From: a virus
Virus record (IMG/VR): IMGVR_UViG_3300028581_000024
Coordinates: 1 to 64,000 of that record
Strand: one strand, 5' to 3'
Length of the DNA stretch: 64,000 nt
Position numbers and translations under genes: made by a program. Shown here piece by piece: positions 57,306 to 64,000 of this stretch. Numbering within the stretch: the stretch's first letter is position 1; every line of letters starts with the position of its first letter. The notes beneath the pieces were generated by a model. It saw nothing but the letters and a program-made list of their open reading frames with translations, did not search any database and was not told the origin of the DNA.

Positions 57306-58049
57306 TTAAGTATTATAGTCATCATAATCGATTTTTCTACAATTATACTTCTGCCACACGTGAGATAAGTCTTGTTTGTATGATTGTGGGTCAATGAAAC
57401 CTGCATTAGCAAAGCCTTTAATACGCAAAGCGCTGCTTGCAGAATTAGCATCCGCTTCAGTTTCTCCTGAATAGCAAGTATATGTCTTACTAAATTTAAC
57501 TTTTAACCTTACACCCTCTTTAATAATGTCAGCCTTGACCATCTTTATTAACGGTGCTTCTATTTTAATTTGAACTTCACGATTTAGCGCAAGCACATCG
57601 TTAATCGTAGGCAAAAATTCTGGACTTGCATCCCAATAACCGGCCAAGCTGTCAACTCCCGTCGCGCCATGATATACTTTAACCGCACCCACCGCTTCAG
57701 CATAAGCAGCAGCAACACTCAAAAACATCATGTTACGGTTAGGCACATACGACTTGGGTTGCGCCTCACCAGCAACCTCTCTTATATCAGGCGTATCAAT
57801 ATCATTGTTTGTAAGGCTGCTTGTTGGAGCTATATCTCTTATAAACCGTACATCAATAGTCTTAAACGCACCGCATTTTTTTTCATTGGCATGGTATGCT
57901 GCTAATTCCAATTCACGTAAATGGCGTTGACCATAATTAAAGGCAATTGCAAATACATTCTCTGATCCCGCCTCTTCACATGCTTTGTATAACAAAACTG
58001 TGCTATCCATTCCACCACTTATTGGAATTACAATTTTATTTTGGCTCAT
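57306..58049 (-). CDS. queC: 7-cyano-7-deazaguanine synthase QueC-like protein (zinc site degenerate)
   Basis: ISGGMDS PP-loop, FNYGQRH..EL, SSLT, YVPNRNMMFLSVA, YWD.SPEF, IEAPL, TYTCY. Confidence 0.9.
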   Translation of the reverse strand: MSQNKIVIPISGGMDSTVLLYKACEEAGSENVFAIAFNYGQRHLRELELAAYHANEKKCGAFKTIDVRFIRDIAPTSSLTNNDIDTPDIREVAGEAQPKSYVPNRNMMFLSVAAAYAEAVGAVKVYHGATGVDSLAGYWDASPEFLPTINDVLALNREVQIKIEAPLIKMVKADIIKEGVRLKVKFSKTYTCYSGETEADANSASSALRIKGFANAGFIDPQSYKQDLSHVWQKYNCRKIDYDDYNT

Positions 58050-58527
58050 GAGATATTTTTGTAAGTTCTGGCGAATATTGTGGAATTATTACACCATCTT
58101 GTGCATCTTTTATATTCTCAAATTTTGCTGTACGTGCTCTTAGCTCGCTCGAGGAGTATACATGCTGTCTTTTATGGTAAAAAAGCTCAATACCATTTTC
58201 AATACAATACTGTTTGCCAGTAAAGTCTCGATCTTTATATTCCTCACTTAAGAAGCGAATGTGTATTGTTTGTGTCTTAAGAAGTTGGAGCAAATCAAAC
58301 TCCGTTTCATAAACAATTATTTCATCAACATATCGACATGCTTGTAATTGTACAAATCGTTCATAAGAACTTTGCACAGGCCTATTTTTTATACCAGGCC
58401 TATCAATTGTTGGGTCTATCTGTAAAGCAGCAATCAAATGATCGCAATGCTGCTTTTCCATCTTTAGCATCGTTACATGACCAGCATGCAACAAGTCAAA
58501 GGAACTACAGTTAAACCCTATTTTCAC
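58036..58527 (-). CDS. Cytidylyltransferase (TagD-like)
   Basis: FDLLHAGH (HxGH), DPTIDRP..KN.PVQ...ER, YVDEI, RQHVYSSSELR. Confidence 0.9.
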   Translation of the reverse strand: MKIGFNCSSFDLLHAGHVTMLKMEKQHCDHLIAALQIDPTIDRPGIKNRPVQSSYERFVQLQACRYVDEIIVYETEFDLLQLLKTQTIHIRFLSEEYKDRDFTGKQYCIENGIELFYHKRQHVYSSSELRARTAKFENIKDAQDGVIIPQYSPELTKISHEPK

Positions 58528-59651
58528 ACGTCTTCTTTTGAAGATTTAGCAGCTTTTGTACTCTTAGGGGACTCCACAACAACGTCCCCAGTAGCATTAC
58601 CATACTTGTAAGCAGCTTCCAGCTTTTTATCAAGAAGCGGGATCAACTCTTCATAGAATTTTGAATCTTTAGTAAAGTTCTTTGCATACCCTAACTTAGT
58701 GCCATCAGGTTTTTGGTATGTGGCACCAGTTTGAATAATGAGGCCATGATTGACTGCCATCTCAAGCAAACCACTATATTTGTCTAAACCGGTTAGATAA
58801 TTTAACTGAATACTTGCTTCTAGAAATGGTGGAACAAAACGATTTTTCACAGTTAATGCTCGCAATGTTGCACCGCTGTAGTTTTTTGCTTCTGGAAGAA
58901 TAGTATCATCTTCATTATTTGCATCTTGCTTTTCATTTCTCTTGGCCAACTGTACAATGACACTAGCCATATACAATGGACCACTACCACCACTCTGACT
59001 TTGTACTAAAGAAGGATACAATGAAGCAGGATCACTGTAAGTGTGGTTAGTCATTAAGATAGTAACACCAGCACGGCCCGCTTTATAGGTCAAAAGACGT
59101 AACAAACTCTTTAGCCCCTTCGCTCTTGTGCCCATGTCAGAAGCTCCCTTGTCTTTCTCAGCATCAGATACTTCTTTACTACTTGCAAGATTGCCCAAGC
59201 TATCCAAGCTGATAATAAATTTACCTTGCATGTTGTGCTCAACAATACTATCAAGGAATGTACTAATCTGATTTCGTGCATTTTCTACTGTATATACCGG
59301 CACATATTTGGTTTTATCGGGGTCTAGACCAACTCCTGCAGTGGTATTCTTATCAATGGCAAACTCTGTATCAAAAATAACTGGAGTTATGCCCTTCTTC
59401 TGGGCAATACCAAGAATTTTATTGACCAACAGAGTTTTACCTGTCTGCGAGGGGCCAGCAAAGATAACTAGACGGCCCTTCGGGACACCACCGTCCTTTA
59501 ACTTACCAGACACAATTGCGTTTAATGCATAGCACCCGGTATCATACCAAGTATCCACGTTACAAAGCGCATTCTCCGAGAGAAATGTTGCTTCTGGGTT
59601 AAGCGCGTCTAACGATTTAAATGCTCTTGAGAGTATTTCGTCTTGGTTCAT
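58524..59651 (-). CDS. uvsX: RecA-like recombinase
   Basis: DTGCYALNAIVSG, GPSQTGKT, FDTEFA, LDSLGNL, DMGTRAK, TNHTY, SGGSG..Y.AS, KNRF. Confidence 0.95.
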   Translation of the reverse strand: MNQDEILSRAFKSLDALNPEATFLSENALCNVDTWYDTGCYALNAIVSGKLKDGGVPKGRLVIFAGPSQTGKTLLVNKILGIAQKKGITPVIFDTEFAIDKNTTAGVGLDPDKTKYVPVYTVENARNQISTFLDSIVEHNMQGKFIISLDSLGNLASSKEVSDAEKDKGASDMGTRAKGLKSLLRLLTYKAGRAGVTILMTNHTYSDPASLYPSLVQSQSGGSGPLYMASVIVQLAKRNEKQDANNEDDTILPEAKNYSGATLRALTVKNRFVPPFLEASIQLNYLTGLDKYSGLLEMAVNHGLIIQTGATYQKPDGTKLGYAKNFTKDSKFYEELIPLLDKKLEAAYKYGNATGDVVVESPKSTKAAKSSKEDV

Positions 59652-60004
59652 TATTCGTCAAATAGCTTAATTACTGGTGCGTCTTTGCCTTTGCCTTCGT
59701 TAACCGGCTTTGCAGCGGCAAAGATTCTTGTATACTGTTCGCCGATCTTTGGATCTAGCTTTACAGCAGACGTGACAATGCTATTTTTCGAGAAATTAAA
59801 TACTGCTCCTTCATTTCTCGATTTCTCCTCAATAAATTCCTTAAAAAATAATGGAATCAATTGAACTTGTAATTGTCCGCTCTGATTAGGGCTAACATGA
59901 AGTACTGCTGGATTCTTTACAGAAAGACCAGCTGCATCTTCAGATACCTTCTCAGCTAGGACTGTTTGACCGACATGATTAATGAATACTGTTATATTGC
60001 TCAT
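59651..60004 (-). CDS. Hypothetical protein (small beta-rich)
   Basis: 117 aa; promoter TTGATT-16-TATATT-6-ATG (60011-60038). Confidence 0.7.
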   Translation of the reverse strand: MSNITVFINHVGQTVLAEKVSEDAAGLSVKNPAVLHVSPNQSGQLQVQLIPLFFKEFIEEKSRNEGAVFNFSKNSIVTSAVKLDPKIGEQYTRIFAAAKPVNEGKGKDAPVIKLFDE

Positions 60005-60034
60005 AAGATTAATATAATGGCTCTTTTGAGAAAA

Positions 60035-62626
60035 TCAAGCACCAAGTAGCTCAAAAAGATCACATTGTGTGGCTTCACCGGGTTTTCTTGGTGACCAACT
60101 AACACATTCATAAAATCTTTCTACAGCACTATAGATAATTTTTTCAAACATTAGCTCTGTATCTGGCTGGAAGATCTTCTCAAACTCTTCAGGGTAATAA
60201 TATTTGTAAGCAATTGCATTAATACCGTATCTATTCGGCTGCTTTACATAAAAATATCTAATCTTGTCACCACTACCAATAGATTCATATTTTTTATCTA
60301 CGTTAAGGGTCTTCAGAAGCATATTATGGTGATATGCTGCTTTTACGTGTATAGGCATTGACTTGACCGTCCTAAACCCATCACATTTACTAGAATACTT
60401 CTCATACCCTTTCAATCCTGTTACGAAAGAAAAATCGCTAATCGGAAGCCCTTGGAACACATCATAAGCCTCTGTAATCACTTCATTAGTCTTTTGCTGA
60501 TCTTGTGTGAGTAACATAGTCTCTACAATTTTCTTAGCTAGCGGCTTGATTGGAGCAGGCATAGTAGTACGGGCAATCTCTACACCTGTGTACTTGAACT
60601 TATTACATGGTATACCCTCTTCATCTAGCACACGAATAACATAGCGTTTTTTCTGTAAAAATAGACCAACATCACAAATTACCTCACGCTTAAAAGTAAT
60701 TCTACTATCAAGACTGTTGAGATTTTTTTCACACCATACTTGTATTTGCTGATTGAGATGCGTTTCAATACCATTTACTAAATTATGAAATTCTGGTGTA
60801 ATTTTAGACTTACTGTCTATCGCATTAATATTGAGAGTCTTGACTAAGCTCTCTAGAGAAATATAACTAGAATCCGTATCATTATAGATAATTGGCGTAT
60901 TTTTTTCAATCTCTTCAGCACTTAATCCAGACTTTTGTTGGATATAATCTGTTAAAATCTTATTGCCCTGTTTAATAACCGCTTGACCAGTCAGAGTAAT
61001 GCTTCTGGCCAAATCATCATCGCCTAGAGGGAAAACCTTATTACCTAACGCACCGTAGACCGTATTAATAAAAATCTTGATTGTATGTTGTTTGATATTC
61101 AAAACAGAGAGTTTGTCTTTCAGTTCTTGATACATAGGGTCCTTTTTATCTAGTTCTGATAATTGTCTCTTAATTTTCTTATGCTCCTTTCTCACCTGCA
61201 CACGAAGCTTATAGTACTGGTCAACCATTTCCGGTATAATGCCCTTATGCTTCTGACTAAAGAGTACTTTTGCTTTACTGATAGCTAACTTTTCCTCTTG
61301 AACAAGCTTTGCAAACTTAGCCATAGGAACAACTACCGTTCTACTATTAACATCACGAATAGTAACATCTTTATCCGTTTGTGATTCTATTACACCCATC
61401 TTAGTTTCAGGTGAAAGATTGAGAGTAATCATAACAGATGGGTACAGGCTATTGGCGTCAAAACTCACAATGTATTTTTGAAATCCACGCTTTGGATCCC
61501 CGACATACGCACCTTCATTCTGCTTACCGTCATCCGCACCACGTATAAAAGTAGGTATTTTTTTATTTCTATAGCGTGCTCGAATAGCACATGCACCAAT
61601 AATTACACTCATACTGCCCATCGCAGCTTCCATGGTCGTCAAGCCGGTATAACTTAGCATTCGGAGTAGTTCAAAGTATTGCAGCTTTTCTTCAAGCTTA
61701 ATCAAAAGTCGAACGTCTTGTACGTTATATTCAACAAAGGTATCCCAATCTGTGTCGGCCAGAGTACTTAAGTTAGTATTACCAAAATCTATTTTAGATT
61801 CTCCTAACTCAATTATGGCAATATTATTAAGCTTATAGTTTTCTCGCAAAACCATGCAAAATCTCTTGTAAATATCAAGATAATCTAAACAAGAGATACC
61901 GTCTATATACCATCGAACCTGCTCTCTACCGAACTGGCCTTTCAGGGTTCTACTATGGACTCTACCCATGGGGCTCAGGCGACGCACCGTGTCATCATCA
62001 AACAACACCCTGATGCGATTAATTAAATACGGTAAGTCAAACAAAATAGAATTCCAACCCAAGAGTACATCTGGATAGTCACTCTCTATATATGTAATGA
62101 ACTTTAAAAACATTTCTTTTTCTGTTTTACAGAAGTAGAATTTATGATCCGCAGCAGTCTTGGTATAAGGTTTTGTACCCCAGGTTATGTACTTTTTACT
62201 TAGACTGTCATAAATTGTAATAACATTTACAGCATGATTAGCTGTCTCTACATTAGGAAAGTCATCAACAGAATATGTTTCGATATCAAGAAAGAATAGC
62301 TTAAGAGGGAACCTTGAAAACTCTGTCGATTCATTATGTTCCCAGAAATTATCAATTAAAAATTGCTGACCTGGTGAAAGATTTTCAAATACTCTAACTG
62401 TATCTGTTTCTTTTAAATATTTTGACTTTTCAAATTGATTCTTAAAAACTTTTTTCTTAAGATTAGTATTGAAGATACTAACTGCGTCCTTTGCATTGTT
62501 AGATTCTAGGTAAATATAGGGCTTGAATGTAGAATCAATAGCAATTCTATTACCTGATGCATCCCAGGTGAACAGCCGAATAAGCTCCTGCCTAGGGTCG
62601 TATGCAATATTTCTATAGCCTATCAT
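60035..62626 (-). CDS. gp43: Family B DNA polymerase
   Basis: ExoI LDIET, GWNSILFDLPYL, YNVQDV; SFDANSLYPS, KIFINTVYG, YNDTDS, KKRY. Confidence 0.98.
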   Translation of the reverse strand: MIGYRNIAYDPRQELIRLFTWDASGNRIAIDSTFKPYIYLESNNAKDAVSIFNTNLKKKVFKNQFEKSKYLKETDTVRVFENLSPGQQFLIDNFWEHNESTEFSRFPLKLFFLDIETYSVDDFPNVETANHAVNVITIYDSLSKKYITWGTKPYTKTAADHKFYFCKTEKEMFLKFITYIESDYPDVLLGWNSILFDLPYLINRIRVLFDDDTVRRLSPMGRVHSRTLKGQFGREQVRWYIDGISCLDYLDIYKRFCMVLRENYKLNNIAIIELGESKIDFGNTNLSTLADTDWDTFVEYNVQDVRLLIKLEEKLQYFELLRMLSYTGLTTMEAAMGSMSVIIGACAIRARYRNKKIPTFIRGADDGKQNEGAYVGDPKRGFQKYIVSFDANSLYPSVMITLNLSPETKMGVIESQTDKDVTIRDVNSRTVVVPMAKFAKLVQEEKLAISKAKVLFSQKHKGIIPEMVDQYYKLRVQVRKEHKKIKRQLSELDKKDPMYQELKDKLSVLNIKQHTIKIFINTVYGALGNKVFPLGDDDLARSITLTGQAVIKQGNKILTDYIQQKSGLSAEEIEKNTPIIYNDTDSSYISLESLVKTLNINAIDSKSKITPEFHNLVNGIETHLNQQIQVWCEKNLNSLDSRITFKREVICDVGLFLQKKRYVIRVLDEEGIPCNKFKYTGVEIARTTMPAPIKPLAKKIVETMLLTQDQQKTNEVITEAYDVFQGLPISDFSFVTGLKGYEKYSSKCDGFRTVKSMPIHVKAAYHHNMLLKTLNVDKKYESIGSGDKIRYFYVKQPNRYGINAIAYKYYYPEEFEKIFQPDTELMFEKIIYSAVERFYECVSWSPRKPGEATQCDLFELLGA

Positions 62627-62632
62627 CTTTTT

Positions 62633-62660
62633 ATTATAATGGAACTTCTGTATTTGGCAA
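62633..62660 (-). promoter_or_regulatory. Sigma70-type promoter of the DNA polymerase gene
   Basis: TTGCCA-16 bp-TATAAT-aaaaag-ATG(62626). Confidence 0.85.
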
Positions 62661-62672
62661 ATAAATTATTAT

Positions 62673-62864
62673 ATGGAAAAAATCATGCAATTCTTTAATT
62701 TTGAATTACCTTGTCCATCAGAAATACCGGAGTGTGATCGTGTCCGAATTGAATATGTAGATGAGCTCAATAATTTAAAACGCCAAGGTGGTTGTGGCAG
62801 ATGTGCAGAAAATACGTTAAAAAATAAATTTATTATTCGGCTTCAAGCTATACTTAAGTCGTAA
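62673..62864 (+). CDS. Small Cys-containing protein
   Basis: 63 aa, C-x6-C...CGRC; fills the gap between pol and the glycosyltransferase; TAAAT box upstream. Confidence 0.6.
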   Translation: MEKIMQFFNFELPCPSEIPECDRVRIEYVDELNNLKRQGGCGRCAENTLKNKFIIRLQAILKS

Positions 62865-64000
62865 TATTATTAATTTTATTTAACTTCTTGCGCTCTGGGC
62901 TACCGTACGGGTATTTAAATAGTTCTTCGTAGCAATCTATATTATCCTCCATCCATCGGGCTTCGGCCCTCTTATATGCAGCTGCGCACAAATTCATATA
63001 TCTGCCCTTCTTGCTTAAAACATCGCGAATTACCTTAATCATTTCTTCGCCTGTCTTAAATTTAAATTCTGCATCTTTATATGTACATAGATCTTGACAC
63101 GCGATTGGTAATCCCAAGCAATTGGCCTCGATCCACTTTAGATCTGATTTACTCTTATTAAAAGTATTATCTTGTAAGGGGGCAACTAGCATATTAATTC
63201 TAAGATTTTTTAGCTTTTCACCGTAATGGTAGAGATTTATCCATGGATGGAATTCAACTAATCCTTGTTCAACTAAAGGTCGAAGAGGGAGAGGGAACGC
63301 ACCGAGAAACACCCACTGAAACTCTCTATGAGTCTCGTATATAGCCTTAATGACATGGGCAAAATCGTCATTTTGATTCACCCGATTTTCCACATCAAAA
63401 TGTGCTCCAGAGCCTGCATATAGAATTCTAGGCTTACTCTTATGAGCGTCATAGTTACTGCTTATTGTCTTCTCATCATAAAGTCTTCCGAGCCAAAACT
63501 TTGGTGGGAAGTTAGGTATAACTGTTACACATTTATGCCCCGTCTTTTCTTTGTAATACTCCTTCATGAAATCACAGGTCACAGTTATCTCATCACATAG
63601 AGACATAATCTCTTGCGCATTCTTACGAATCTCTGGATCCACGAAAGCGGTCTTAAATTTGTTATAATCGGGGATATCTTCACTAAACACAAGATCATCT
63701 ATTTCGTATACAATTCTAAATCCATGTATCTTTGATACGTCTCTTAAGAATTTAACAAACTGTAATTGTGAAGCTGTGGCTTGTCGCTGTACTCTGACAA
63801 CCTTGACGTTTGTATACCAGCGAGGGTCTAAAACCATAACTGTACTGCCGTGCACGGTTATGCTGCCAAAAGCATTCAAAAGCTGTTCCGGCCAAAGCAT
63901 ACGCCAGAAGCCGCACCCAGAATAATCTGCATAATACTGCACCACGCGTGGTAGGTTCACATCAGCAGGTGGTGTGTTATCGGCTTGTAAGGTGGGCGCT
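62854..64000 (-). CDS. GT-B fold glycosyltransferase (5' end probably beyond the window)
   Basis: ADYSGCGFWRM, QRQ, VYEIDD, CDEITVT, VIPNF, ILYAGS..H, VAPLQDNTFNKSKSDLK..E. The frame stays open to position 64000. Confidence 0.87.
   Translation of the reverse strand, partial: APTLQADNTPPADVNLPRVVQYYADYSGCGFWRMLWPEQLLNAFGSITVHGSTVMVLDPRWYTNVKVVRVQRQATASQLQFVKFLRDVSKIHGFRIVYEIDDLVFSEDIPDYNKFKTAFVDPEIRKNAQEIMSLCDEITVTCDFMKEYYKEKTGHKCVTVIPNFPPKFWLGRLYDEKTISSNYDAHKSKPRILYAGSGAHFDVENRVNQNDDFAHVIKAIYETHREFQWVFLGAFPLPLRPLVEQGLVEFHPWINLYHYGEKLKNLRINMLVAPLQDNTFNKSKSDLKWIEANCLGLPIACQDLCTYKDAEFKFKTGEEMIKVIRDVLSKKGRYMNLCAAAYKRAEARWMEDNIDCYEELFKYPYGSPERKKLNKINNITT

Noticed and set aside
56616-58049. QatABCD or type IV CBASS defence system
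   Set aside because: No ATPase, TatD, CD-NTase or TGT neighbours; the context is a phage replication operon.
335-59864. Many short opposite-strand or alternate-frame ORFs in the track (e.g. 335..553, 8089..8622, 35117..35482, 46189..46584, 56118..56546)
   Set aside because: They lie within well-supported genes, lack promoters and motifs, and are shadow ORFs.
41653-62626. Introns, inteins or homing endonucleases in terminase, helicase, UvsX or polymerase
   Set aside because: The ORFs are continuous, of normal length, and show no splicing or endonuclease motifs.
1-64000. Stop-codon reassignment (alternative genetic code)
   Set aside because: Core genes are full length in the standard code, coding density is high, and TAA, TAG and TGA all end genes.
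1-64000. CRISPR array, tRNA or rRNA genes
   Set aside because: Intergenic gaps are nearly all under about 100 bp, and no repeat-spacer pattern or cloverleaf was seen.

Overview
The whole 64 kb window is part of a large, divergent T4-like (contractile-tailed) dsDNA phage genome in the standard genetic code. Positions 1-45.5 kb hold the virion module: major capsid gp23, scaffold gp22, protease gp21, gp4, neck gp13/gp14, terminase gp17 with a probable gp16, gp3, sheath gp18, tube gp19, baseplate gp6/gp7-like/gp25/gp53/gp27-like, and a ~20 kb block of large adhesin-like proteins. Positions 47.6-64 kb hold the replication module: primase, clamp, SSB, a frameshifted gp59-like gene, helicase, UvsX and polymerase gp43, interleaved with sugar and nucleotide modification enzymes (two glycosyltransferases, an RmlD-like reductase, a TagD-like cytidylyltransferase, a QueC lacking three zinc cysteines, and an Ntn glutamine amidotransferase). 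Four signals go beyond the annotation. (1) Expression appears largely leaderless: nine sigma70-type promoters (mostly TTGnnn-16 bp-TAnnnT) end 6-7 nt before a start codon, about 15 T4-late-type TAAATA boxes end 4-6 nt before one, and most other genes are coupled by ATGA/TAATG overlaps. (2) An [LIVF]-[ST]-[AG] ('LSA') motif is strongly enriched in outer virion proteins of a phage encoding glycosylation enzymes, a candidate virion O-glycosylation system. (3) Four otherwise unrelated tail proteins share a bipartite C-terminal YxxGxGI...PYxxGxGI tag. (4) Several late genes share a capsid-targeting-like N-terminus, and two ORFs contain nested in-frame genes behind internal promoters. All calls come from reading motifs by eye; no database searches were run.
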